Shown here: positions 24,894 through 36,900 of the stretch, piece after piece
How the letters are laid out: every line of letters begins with the position of its first letter
Position numbering within the stretch: position 1 is the first letter of the stretch
Source of the DNA: Vicugna vicugna
Lineage: Eukaryota
Assembly (NCBI GenBank): GCA_013265495.1
Contig: MU057947.1
Coordinates: 1,573,070 to 1,637,069, forward strand
Direction of reading: 5' to 3'
Length of the DNA: 64,000 bases
Program-made: the position numbers and the translations under genes
The notes under the pieces: generated by a model
Told to the model about the DNA's origin: nothing
Databases searched by the model: none
What the model saw: only the letters and a program-made list of their open reading frames with translations

Positions 24894-25447
24894 GGAAACC
24901 ACGCAGGACCCTGGGGGGACCTCCCAGGTACAAATTCTCCCTGTGTCCCTGTTTCTTGCTTGCAGGAAGTCAGCTTCATTCAGCCTACTTGACCTCCCCT
25001 GAGCTCCAAAGTGCAGGTGCAAACAGCGCTAATCGGGGAAGGGAGGGAACCAAGAACAAAGGAGGGGCAGTCAGCAAACTGCAGTGCAGCAGTTAAAGCA
25101 GGACCCGGTCCCTCCTCAAGGAATACACGCGAGCGTAGACGTCCTCTTCTGCAGGAGCTGAGGCCCCCACCCAGGGGGAGGATGGTAACCTCAGGTTGAG
25201 CAGAGACCCCTGGAGCATCACCCTCTCACGTCCCCACCAGCCAATCAGAAGAAAGCCCCACACCCTGCAGCCCTCACCTCAAACTTGCCTGTAAAGATTC
25301 CTCCCTGAAAACCACTGGGAGCTCAGGTTTTCCAAGCCCGTTCCCCTTGCGTGGCCCTGCAATAAACCTTGCTCTGCTCCGAACTCAGACACTTCTGTTC
25401 ATTTGGCCTCACTGTGCGTCAGGCACTTGAGCGTGCATTTGGTGACG
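24894..25447 (+). mobile_element. ERV1-type solo LTR, near full length
   Basis: CCAAT at 25241-25245, degenerate TATA, AATAAA at 25361-25366, U5-like end. Homologous to the LTR at 21761. Confidence 0.8.
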
Positions 25448-26419
25448 GCAGCAGGTGCCCCCTCGTCGCGCCCCAGATGAAGCCACTGGTACCTGCTCTT
25501 CGCCGCGCACACTCTGCCGTCAGGACTCCGGATGCTGCCTGTCCTTGTCTTCCGCCTCCTGCTTCTTTTTTTAAACTTCAAAGGATGTACATATCTTTGA
25601 AATTGTAGAATGTTTTCCTTCCAAGAGCAACTTTGACTATAATGAAAGTCTTAGCATTCAGTACACAAGGAGAATGTCTCCTGTGTCTGGCAACCCACCT
25701 GGCTTTGCCTCCCCAAGCCTCAGAGTCGATACCAGATTACACCCTAACGCCATCAATAATCTGCAAAATGTCTCACCCACAACAGTGGAATTTATCAAAT
25801 TCATAAGAGACAGCCTTGAAATACTGCCTTTCAACAGATTTTTGCCAGGAAATGAAAGTAGGATGTAAGATTTTTCTCCGCAGAAATCCTTTAGCTCTTC
25901 AGAGAATCTGTTGTAAGTGCTCATTTGAACTTTACACACACACTTTGCTTTGGGGCCGAGGAAGAAGAGCTGGCTCTGGGAGCAGTTTGACAGGGGGCGT
26001 GATTCACGGCTCGGCTCACCTGGAGAATTCTGCTGACATACGGGCAGAGTGAGCGATGTGATTAAAAGCCCCACGGCCACCATGATGAGTGCGAGTGAAA
26101 AGCCTTCCCTGTAAGAGAGGCTTGTCCTGCTTCAGAAACTCCAGGGCCGCCTGCCCCGCCGCTCTGCGGGCGGAAGTCCAGAAGGAGACAGCGAGGAGTT
26201 CTTTGCATTTTTGTTTAAAGAGGAATCTGGAGCTTCTTCCAGCAAGAAGGAGTAGGTGTATTTTCCGGGTGCATCCCGCTAAGTCAGCTACCACCCAGAC
26301 GCTGTGTGTTGCAGGCTCAGGACGCCTCTGCACCGGCGGGCGGTGTGGACTGGAGGGCAGCTCGGGACCTGGAGAACCACTGGTCCTGAGCCTGCGGGTC
26401 CTTTTGTCTCATACACCTG

Positions 26420-26912
26420 ACACTGGAGGGAAGGGGGCGGGGCACAACCATGAAAAGAATGACATAGCAATTAGCACAAGATGTTGGGAGATTCAAGTCC
26501 CAGGAGACCTTGAGCTTCAACATATGCTCATTAAAACACAATGGCTGCTAAATGGCCCTCCCACAGGTGCCAGGAGAGTTTCAAGGTCAAAGAGTGGTGA
26601 TGGCCCCGTTCCTGGGAATCCTGGCCCCTTCCCCAAGCAGTTGGCGTAATCCTCCCCCTTATTAGCCTATGAAGTTACCAAGCCCATAAAAACCAACAGC
26701 CCCGTCCCTCGTGGCGTTTTCTCTGGCCTTCCTCTGCCTTCTGAGACAGCCCACACTCTGTCTATGGAGCATGTACCTTTCTGAATAAATGTACTTTTAC
26801 TCAACTATGACTCGCTTTTGAATTCCTGGGTGAAGCCAAGGACTCTCGCTCGGTGGGGTGCATCCCAAGGCCTGGGACACAGCCATCCTCCCGCACCTCA
26901 TTTTTCCTATAT
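26420..26912 (+). mobile_element. MER41-like ERV1 solo LTR
   Basis: taatcctccccct tattagcctatg, CATAAAA at 26685-26691, AATAAA at 26784-26789, ctcgcttttgaattcc...agccaaggac, which are recalled MER41-family hallmarks. Confidence 0.78.
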
Positions 26913-27519
26913 TATAGTCAGATTTGGAGCTGAAGAAGCCCTGCCTGTGCCCTAGGGCCAGGTGGGGAGCCCAGACGTCTGCCCTCACCTGGCTGCAATG
27001 AGGCATCCGGCCCCCCCCCCGGGGCTGTCCAAGGCAAGTAGGGAGCCAGACTTTGAACTCACTGGGTTATAACAGGGACAGTCCCCTCCCAGGCATGCTG
27101 TCAGTGGGGACCGTGCCTAGATGTGCACCGCCCCCCCAGTAGTAAGGAGCGTCCCTTCCCCGCCCCTCCCCACCGTGGTGGTGCGGGAGGAGGCTGAATG
27201 GGGAGTCAGGTGTCTAACCACCATCCAGAGATAACAAGGCCGCCCCCAGCCCCTGCACTGCCAGCGGAGGTCACGCGGGGATCAGTAAGAGGGATTCCTA
27301 CCCTTCCCGGCCACACAGGTGTCAGTGGAGGCCCACTGGGGAGCCGGGTCTCCCTCCGCCCCCCAGACTGTAATAAAGACAATCTGTACACCTTGTGTTT
27401 CAGTGGAGTCAAGTGGGAAAATGGAATTCTGCGCCCGCCTGGAAGTCACAAGTTGACATCTACCTCCTCCTGCTGGAGTGATGTTGGCGGAAACCAGACA
27501 AAACGGAAGAATTAAATCA

Positions 27520-28490
27520 TATCAGGAATCTCAGAACATAATAGCCCAGATGGCCAGGTTTCAGCAAAAAATCACCCAACATACCAAGAACCAGGAACTT
27601 CTCCAAATGAATTAAAACTCAAAATCAACAGACGCTGAGACTGAGATGATGGCGACGTTGGCATCATCTAAGACTTGAACTCACGACTGTGCTTCGAGGA
27701 GCAGTGACGGGCACACGTGAACCAAGTGGGAAAACAGAAAACCTCAGCAAGGACACAAATGATTTACGGAAAAAACAAAAGGGAGTTTTAGGACCCATAA
27801 ATACAATGACAAAAAGATACGTCAGTGAAAGAATGGAGGGGGCAGAGGAAAGGGTCGGGTGACATTGTCCCTAGAAGGTTGTGTGCGGGGTGACTGGAGA
27901 GCAGTGGGACTATCCAATCTGAGCAACAGAGAGAGAGTAAACTGGAAAAAATGCCGAGAACCCAGGGACCTGCAGGACAATAGCAAATCATGGCCACGTG
28001 TGTGGACGGAGGGGAGACGGCGGGCTGAAAACGTCCGCAAAGAAATAGTGGCTGAAACGTCCCAAATTTGTCAAAGGACAAAACTACAGATTTAAGAAGC
28101 TGAAGAAATCCAAATGGGGTAACGGGAAAGAAATCCAGATCAAGGCACATCGTACTCAAACTAAGAAAACTAAAGACTAAATAGTCTGAAGGCAAGGAGA
28201 GGAAATGGACAACTTACCTACAGGAGAACAGCCACTGGAATGAGAGTGGCTTTTTCATTAGAAGCCACAGCGGCCGTAAGGAAGAGGCTCGGCAGGTGTC
28301 ACATACTGGAAGGAAGGAACGCCAGCCCAGGGTCCTGTCTCCAGCAGAAGTGCCCCTCAGGAGTGGAAGGAAACGGGGCCCCTTCCGTCGCGGAGAACGG
28401 AGAAGCGAGAGAGCTTGTCTCCAGCGGACGGACTTCCGAGTGAGGAAAGGACGTTCTCTAAGGAGAAATGAGCAGCCAGGAGGACACTTG
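27520..28490 (+). mobile_element. Ancient L1M-type 5'/ORF1 region, highly decayed
   Basis: A-rich purine-skewed tract with ORF1 hallmarks (gaaatagtggctgaaacgtcccaaattt, aaggcacatcgtactcaaact, ttttcattagaagccac). Confidence 0.7.
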
Positions 28491-28539
28491 GGACAACAAG
28501 GCAGGGGGCAGAACAAGGCTGGGAAGAAGATTCGTAAGC

Positions 28540-29160
28540 ACAACAGGCTGGCGGTTTCTTTTAAAAGAAAACTGAACCAAACTTGTGCGCGCCCCACGTC
28601 CCAGCAGCTGAGATCCCGGACAGCTCTCCCGGAAAACGAAGACTTGCGTGCACGCAGAAGCCTGGCTGGACCCGGGTGTTTACAGTGCCTTTATTTGTAA
28701 CAGCCCCAGACCAGAAACCACCCAGCGCCCCTCAGGGGGTGGCTGGTCGGCCGTGCTGCCTTGTCTCTCCGCACACCGCTCCGCGTGACCTGCAGTGACC
28801 TGACAGTGCGCACACCTGGTGTGAGCATCCAGAGAATGATGCTGAGTGAGAAAAGCCAGTCTCCAGGGGGCACACGCTGCACAATTCCATTCATATGCTA
28901 TACTTGACATGACAAAATGACAGGTCAGTGGTCGCCGGAGGCTGTGGAGGGATGGGGAGGGGTGGGCGTGTGAGGCCTCGGAGGGGCTGTGTGAGCCATG
29001 TCTCTGCCGTGGTGAGTCGGCTCTGTATTTCAACTCCATCATCATCACTATCCTGGTTGTGGTATCAATTATAGCTGTGCAGGATGTTACCTTTGGGAGA
29101 AACTGGCTTTCTGTGTATGAATCTGCAACTATCTCAAAATGAAAAGCTTAATTGTAAAAA
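28540..29160 (+). mobile_element. Ancient L1 (L1MC/L1MD-like) ORF2 end and 3' UTR
   Basis: atgctgagtgagaaaagccagtctcc...attccattcatat... ending tatgaatctgcaactatctcaaaatgaaaag, typical of old L1M 3' ends. Confidence 0.72.
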
Positions 29161-29358
29161 GAAGGGGGTCTGCAGATGCCTGGAAGCTCTGCAGAGTTCC
29201 AGCAATGGTCAACTTGCTCACACACCAAGCACCAAGTATGTGCTTCTGAGCCTCTGAGCCTGGGCAGTGCATCAGTGAGGGAGATCTTATCATCGGGGAC
29301 CTCACTGACCCGAGGACAGGTGCAGCCACTGGACCCACACTGAACTCAAAGAACTCTC

Positions 29359-30540
29359 CAGCTCAAAACATTTTCTGACATAAATCTTAGCAATGTTCTC
29401 CTAGGGTAGTCTGCCCAGGAAACAGAAATAAAAGCAAAAATAAACAAATAAGACCTAATCAAACTTACAAACTTTGTACAGCAAAGGAAACCATAAGCAA
29501 AACAAAAAGACAACCTATGGAATGGGAGAAAATATTTGCAAATGATGCAACTGACAGGGCTTAATTTCCAGGATATATAAACAGCTCAGATAGCTTAATA
29601 ACATAAAAACAAACAACCCAATCCAAAAATAGGCAGAAAACCTAAACAAGCAATTCTCCGATGAAGACATACAAATGGCCAACAGGCACATGAAAAAATG
29701 CTCAATATCACTAATTATCAGAGAAATGCAAACCAAAACTACAATGAAGTATCACCTCACATCAGTCAGAATGGCCGTCATTCAAAAGTCAATAAATGAT
29801 AAATGCTGGAGAGGCTGTGGAGAAAAGGGAACCCTCCTACACTCTGGTGGGAATGCAGTTTGGTGCAGCCACTATGGAAAACAGTATGGAGATTCTTTAA
29901 GAAACTACAAATAGACTTGCCATGTGACCCAGCAATCCCACTCCTGGGCATATATCCAAGAGGGAACTATATTTCAAAAAGACACCTGCACCCCAATGTT
30001 CATAGAAGCACTATTTACAACAGCCAAGACATGGAAGCAACCTAAATGTCCATCAGCAGATGACTGGATAAAGAAGTTGTGATGTAGTTATACAGTGGAA
30101 TACTACTCAGCCATAAAAAAGAATGAAATAATGCCATTTGCAGCAACATGAATAGACCCAGAGATCATCACACTAAGTGAAGTAAACCAAAGGAGGAAGA
30201 AAAATACCATATCATATCACTCATATGTGGAATCTTAAAAAAAAATAAGGACACAAGTGAACTCAGAAACAGACTCACACAGTAAACAAAATTATGGTTA
30301 CCAGGGGGAAAGGGAGTGGGAAGAGATAAATTGGGATTTTGAACTACTAACTACTATACACAAAATAAACAACAAGTTTCTTCTGTCCAGCACAGGGAAC
30401 TATATTCAGTACCTTGTGGTAACCTATAATGAAAAGGAACGTATGTATGTGTACGTGTGACTGAAACCTGATGCTGTGCACCAGAAACTGACACAACACT
30501 GTAAAGTGACTATACTTCAATTATTAAAAAATTCTGAAAA
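29359..30540 (+). mobile_element. 5'-truncated LINE-1 (ORF2 C-terminus + 3' UTR + A tail), relatively young, 11-bp TSD
   Basis: ORF2 remnants [19 protein letters not shown]...[14 protein letters not shown] / [17 protein letters not shown], separated by a frameshift. Direct repeat AAAGAACTCTC at 29348-29358 and 30541-30551. Confidence 0.95.
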
Positions 30541-33279
30541 AAAGAACTCTCTCTTTGACAAAAATAGACTCTCTCCTGGCAAATCAAATTCTAGGAGCTC
30601 TAAGTCTGTTGCAAGTGGAGGTGTTTAAAAATCGGCGTTTTCAGCATTCATGGCCATAAAGATGAACATCAAAGTCAATCGAGATCACAGGTGAGAGCTG
30701 TCACGTCCAAGTGCAGTTTCACTCTCAGCTCACCTGAGTCCAGCCGTGGTGACTCTCACTGTCTTTTTCTGTGGTACATTATTTACGCTCACTGTTTGGG
30801 TCTATTGTTCTAACTAACATTTGTGCCAATTATCTTACCTAAACTGGAAAGCCATTTTTGTGTGAGAAAAAGGAAGACTAAAAGATATTCTCAACAAAGT
30901 GTAGTCATTTGTTTTTACTAAAGATATTTGTTTCCAATACAATAAACCACAATTGTATGCAAATTTCTATGAATCCGTAGAACACAGCTTTTATCGGAAT
31001 CTCAGAAGCCCGTGATCAAAAAAAAAATTTATCGGTGGAGAACCGCTAAACTTCTCGGCTTGACTAACATACAGGATTTCCCCAAAGGAATGACGTGCAC
31101 AGTGCAGTGTATCTAAATATTACGTGCTTTAAAAAGAGAGGTGAGGAAGAAGCCGCTGTCTTCGGAAAACAGAGAAGTGGGCATTGGGTTTAGGTCAGGG
31201 TCACACTCAGAGGCCCAGGCGGTCTTGATTACAGATGTCACTCAGCCGGGCTGCCCTATGCCCCCCTCGCCTTTCCTAGCGAGGTGCTCACGTACCCCAG
31301 ACTCTGACATCAGTCCCCGCTGAATCGTGACCCAGCTACGAAATTCCAAACCCGGACAGCTCTCGCTCCAGGTCACCACGTCCCCCCCTGGGGCCCCCTC
31401 CGCCGTGACCTGAGCGCCGGCACCAGCTACTCCTGAGCTCTCCCAAGTGCTGACGCTTGGAGGTCACGTGCCCTGGATAGTCCGGAAGCGTCCTCTTGCT
31501 GGCTAAGCGACACCACATCCTGGCTCTGAGCCACAACTGACGAGGTCATCCTTCTAACACGGGAGCTCAGGAGCCGAGGCAGCATCGGGCTCGGGTTTAG
31601 AAAGTGCCTCGGCGCCATTGCCGGAGCCCGGCCCTGGAAAATCGTTTGATTCCCCCGTGTCAGCAGCACTGCGTGTCCCAGCAGGCAGTGATCATGGGCC
31701 GTGCTCTCCCGGGGCCGGGACAGATGCCCACTGCTCGTCATAAGGGTGCCTTCACCGGAAGCCCGTTGGGGCCCCTGCTCATCCACACACAGAAATCCCA
31801 TCTCCCCAGGAAGCTGCTCCAGTCCGGACGGGCCCACATCCAGGCCCCCTTCCAGGGGGCCACGGGGGCCTCTGGGGTGTCTTCTCAGGCTGGGATTCGG
31901 GGAGAGGCAGCATCTCAGAAATAGGGAGCAGGCAGAAGAGGATGTGGGCTGAAGGAAAGTGGCGGCGGGCAGTGCAGGTCTTCACGAGGGGGGAAAAGGG
32001 ATCCCGGGCCCTCCCCCCACCGCTCTCCCAGAGCACGCAGGGTGCCTGCCCTCCTCCACCACGCTGGTCTCATCCTGAGCCCTGTGTCCCGGGCACCGCA
32101 CAGCCTGAAACGACCCACTTCCCCACCTCTGCTGCTGCCCCTGCCCGGGACTCTCCGGCTTACCTCCTGCCCGCCCGACAAATTCCCGCATCACCTCCAA
32201 GCCCAGCCCAAGCGCCACCTCTCTGACAGAGCTTTTCCTCATTTCCCCAGCGCCTGCCTGTCTTCCTCACCGCTCGCGGGCCAGTCGGCTCCCAGGGGTC
32301 TACGTCAAAGAGCGCCCCCGAGGACACATTCCTGCGAGCTACTTCACTCCACTCTGGGTTCAGAGGGTCTCTGGGGGAGGGTCTCCGGGGGAGGGTCTCA
32401 CCAGCTGGGGCCTGCCCCTACATAGGAGGGTCTTGGGGTCTTCTCTGAATCTTGGTGGTAATTCCACCCACTTTGCACAGGCAGAAACCGAGGTTCTTGC
32501 CACAAGCCCCACCCCCAGCCGGCTGTCCCTCGTCTGGATCCAGCCCCTCCTTCCCGGTGGGGCTGGTGGGCTGTGCTCGGCTCCCCCTGCCCAGTGCTGG
32601 GATGGGTGTCCTTGGCGATGCAGGGGCTCCCCCTGCTCCGAAGGCTTCCAGCCCACCTCACCCTGGGGCTCTTCAGAAAGCACAGCACAGATCCCGCAGA
32701 GGGCCAGGGTGCAGGTCCCCCTAGGGGGCAGGTCTGAGACTCCCGTTCCCTCCTGAACTGCCCCTCAAAAGATTCCTCGAATCGCGTCTGCCCAGTGGCG
32801 GATAAGGCTTCATTTCCAAGGAGAAAAATAAAGAAACCAAAATCGCGTTTCGATCATAAACATAAAATAAAATGAATAACAATAAAGCAAGAAAGGAAAA
32901 AACAACCCGGACTGGAAAATTAAGATCTATAAACGTGTAATGATATACGAGGAGCTGCTTCTTCAGTCAATAGAGAGCAGAACAGAGTTATGAGATGTTT
33001 TTTCAGGAGGCTGACTAAGCCCACGGCCCTGGAGCTGATTCACATGGTGACGTGCGGTCTGGAAGCTCAAGGGCCAGCTCAGCAGGGCTCGTGCAGCTCT
33101 CTACCTGAAGGGCCCTGACTGGTCTTCTTTGTCATCACTGCTGGTTTTAGAAAGTGATACCCACTTATAAGAAAGTATGAGGAAGAGCCGTACTTTAAAG
33201 AAAGACCTGTAGCGCCGTAACCCAGGGGTGAGCTCTGTTTGGATCATCTGCCTTTCCTTCCGGGCTTGTGCGCACAGAT

Positions 33280-33790
33280 TTGCGTAATTGAGACTATACT
33301 GCGAGTGCAACTTTGCATCCTGATTGTTTTCCACTTAATATTGCACAGTAAAATTTTTTACAAGTCGTTGACAATTTTCAAGAAGTCTTTTAGTGATGTA
33401 ATTATCTGTTGTATGATCTGGCACAATTTAATTATTCCCTATTGTTGGACAGAAGGTTTTTGCGTTCTTTGACTATTACAGACAATATAGTGATAAGGAC
33501 CTTGGCAAAGAGGTCTCTGATGGTCACTTTGACTGTTTCCTGGAAACAGATACTAAGAATAGGAGTCCCCGAGTCAAACCGTGTGAGTCAAGAAAAAATG
33601 AGACAATTAATCCTGACGGAGCAGAAGCAGGTTCTCTGCAGTCGGTAAAGATGAGCATTGCTTCTAAACTCCTCTACTTTAGTAGGGAGCAAACATCTTT
33701 CCATCGTGATGACTTGTCTCTTCCTAATCACCAGCAAATTTGAATAATTTTTAAGTTTGCTTATCAATAATCTCCTTGCAAATAGCCTGC
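33280..33790 (-). mobile_element. Ancient L1ME-like 3' fragment
   Basis: tttgcatcctg...ttccacttaatat...ttccctattgttggaca...gactattacagacaat...gatactaagaatagga motifs. Confidence 0.55.
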
Positions 33791-33792
33791 CA

Positions 33793-33903
33793 ACAATAAA
33801 TGCTAAAGAGGGTGTGGAGAAAAAGGAACCCTCCTCCACTGTAGGTGGGAATGTAAACTAGTGCAGCCACTACGGAAAACAGTATGGGTGTTCCTTACAA
33901 ATT
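33793..33903 (+). mobile_element. Short L1 ORF2 fragment (Cys-rich region)
   Basis: aataaatgctaaagagggtgtggagaaaaaggaaccctcctccactgtaggtgggaatgtaaactagtgcagccactacggaaaacagtatgg is clearly homologous to 29797-29890 of the larger L1. Confidence 0.85.
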
Positions 33904-36900
33904 CATGTCTCTGTGGGAGGAGCCCCGCCAGGCCCGGACCAGCTGCAGAGACTCACCCTCCACCAGCCACTCAAAACTCGGGCTTCTGGGTCCCGGGTCC
34001 TGGGCAGCATTTCCCTGCGTTTCTGTATTGAGTCTGAGCGAGACAGTTCTCGCCGTGTCTCTGATAGAAAAAGAAATCTTTTAATTTATCAATATTTTGT
34101 CCAACCACACTGCTGAGACTATCAATAAACTTTTCTAAAGATGTAAATTTTATCTGAATCTCATTATTGGAACTTCATCACAAATTTATATTTTGAGCAG
34201 CTGATTCCAAACTCAAAAAACCAGCGGAAGGTTGGCTGACCCTCAGCGGTGGCGGGCCAGACCCTTGATGGCTGAGGACCCTCTGGCCCGAGAGGCTGGA
34301 CCCACGTGGGTGAGCAGGACGACCTGCTGAATCTTGTCTTTCCAGGTGAGAACCGGGTTGTGGGCCAACCCAGGTTTCACCTGCGCAGCACCTCACCACC
34401 CGGACAACAGAGGCACAGGAACCAAAAATGAAAAGAAACTCCAAACCACCCAGGACCCCCTGGGCCGAGCTGCTGGATTTCCGCTGACCTTCGGAGAAGG
34501 TTAGCTTTTATGGGGAGGCCGTTGGGCTGGTCATCACGTGGCATTGCTGAAAGTTAAGAGCGCCGTGATGTCTCTGAACAGAGACGAGATCTGAGCTCTG
34601 GTGCTGGCCCCCAGGGCGGCCCCTGAGCCCTGCGACTGCGCAAGGCATGGGCAGGGGAGCTTGGTGGTGGGACCGTACCTCTCCTTAAGCCACAACCGCA
34701 GGGGCAGTGCCTTCTCTGCGCCAGGCAGGGGTGAGCATGATGTTGGTTCTGGGCTTGTGGTCGGAAACCCTTCTCTGTCATGACCGGACCATGGGTGCTG
34801 AGTCATGTGGGGTCTGAAGCCTGGGACCAGAGTGGGAGGGGCACCCAAGGGACCCAGCCGCAGGGTCTGGGGCTCCTGATGGGAGACCTGAGTGCCTGGC
34901 GGGCAATGCTCTCTCTCCATTCTTCTACATGTTTGAAAAATTCCATCCTAAAACATGTTTAAAGGCCTTAATTCACTCCAGGTCAACATCTCATGTAAGC
35001 ATGTTGAAGTGTTGCTCAGAAACAAAGAAGGATAAAGGTTAGGACGTGTAACGACGGAGTCGGCATTTCATGCCTCTGGTCCCCGGTCAGCCCTCATCCC
35101 TCCTGGGACCTCACGCTCCCCGTCTGTCCATCTGTCTGGGTCTCCAGCTGCAGCGGTCCCGCTGCCCAGTTTGGCCCTTGCTGCTTGCCAAGCAGATGAT
35201 GTGTCCCCAGTGAGCATAGCCTGGCTCCTTCACGTCAGCTCCTGCGCTGAGCGACACAGAGGTGGCCAGAGGCCGCTGTGAACGCACACCTCTCCTCGCC
35301 CGGTGCCCGTAAATCACCAGTGCGATCTGACGGCGACCCCCACCTCTGTCTTCGCTCCCAAGCAGTCTCTCTGTTTGGTGCCAGGACTGCTGAGAAGCTG
35401 ATGAAGTCACGAAATACACATAAAGGTAAGCTCAGAGCATCCAAGGAGGCCTCTGCGGGGACCACGCTCCCTCCCCCAGGGATGCGGCCAGAGCCCACGA
35501 AGAGGCTGCCCCCGCACAGCACCCCCGGGACGCCCCCACCAGCCACCTGTCAGGGCGGCACTGGGGAGCCGGGCTCCAGCAGCAGGAGTGGGGCCCAGGC
35601 AGCACCCCAGCTCTGTCCCGGAGGCTCACTCCACCTCTCTGGGCCTCCTCTGCAGAGCCAGGTTACGGGCTAAAGAGAAAGAAAACAAAATTAGGTGATG
35701 GAAGGTGTTTCCTAAAGGCCCCTCTGATAGTTGGGGGGTGGGGTGGGCGGGGCAGCCTGGCTGTGGGGCCTGAGCCCAAGCTTCAGGGGCCTGGCGTGCT
35801 GGTCGTGGTGGCAGACAGGCGGGTCCGGCCTGTGCCCCGCCCCATCCCTGGCCTGGGGGTGGGGGAGGTTAGGAAGGATCAGCTGCTGCGAGGCTGGGGA
35901 GGGACAAGGGCCGGCCCCGTAGGTTGCCAGCCCCAGGTCGGCTGTGGGAAGGGCAGCTCCAACTCCGCCCGTGGGCGCCGTGTAACTCACATCACCCGCT
36001 TGGACCTCGGTGGGAGAATCCTGGAATTCAGAGCAGAAGGAGGCTTGGCAGATGGAACCCAAACCCTCACCTACAGCTGGAGAATCGGAGGCCCACGGAG
36101 GAAGGGCTGGGCCAGGCGGAGGCCCAGGAGACCCGCTCGGCCCCGCAGCCACCAGCCCTCACATGATTGGAGGCCCTTTAAAAAGCCACCTTGCACCTGG
36201 CCTGCCTTCTCAGCCTGTGGCCAAAGGAATGTTCAAATCCTAAACATTTTCCTGTAAATTTGTCTCTAGACTTATGCTTAAAACAGAAATGATCCTGGAA
36301 GGGAACCCATAGCTGAGAGGCTGATTTTTTTTTGGAGATATTTTCATTATTTGATAAGGATTTAAATGGATTTTAACTACCTCCCCAGATAGTTCTTTTT
36401 AAATGTCTTAATTTTAAGACCTTCCTGGCTTAATACATTACATGGCGCATAATCAGGTTATATATTCTCTATCTGAACTCAGCTGAATAATAGAAAATGG
36501 GATTATAATAATGCCTCTGCAGGGGCGATTAAACGCAGCCGTCACGCGGCCAAGCGGGTCTCCTCTCCGTGTGAGCTGGTGGGGGGCTCTTCATCCCCAG
36601 CCAGCCTCTCCCTGACCTCCCCTCCCTGCCCGCCTCCGCAGGCCCAGGGGCCCCGCCCGCCCAGGCGGCCCAGCCAGGACCCCCGTCCCCGTGCTGAGGA
36701 CGTCTTGGGCCCACAAGTGCCTCCCTGTCCTGCACGTGGCATTGACTGGGCCTGTTTGTCGCAGCCACCTGCGCTCGTGACAGCGCCCACCAGCCGGGAA
36801 CTGCTGTCTGGCAGCAGAAGAATCGATTTGGCACTTCTGGGGGGTTAAAGGGCCAGCCAACTCGCCCGACCGCCGGCGCTCTCTGACCCGCAGACTCGCT

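Noticed and set aside
21761..25447. Provirus bounded by the two related LTRs
   Set aside because: The LTRs are too divergent, especially at their 3' ends; no PBS, PPT or gag/pol remnants seen; the interval holds other LTRs and unique DNA.
25455..25468. CTCF-like motif (CGACGAGGGGGCAC on the minus strand) and similar partial matches near 16855 and 19450
   Set aside because: Imperfect matches are common by chance in GC-rich DNA; unsupported without PWM scoring or ChIP data.
25674..25868. Protein-like 64-aa ORF
   Set aside because: No recognisable homology, promoter or splice support; short enough to be chance.
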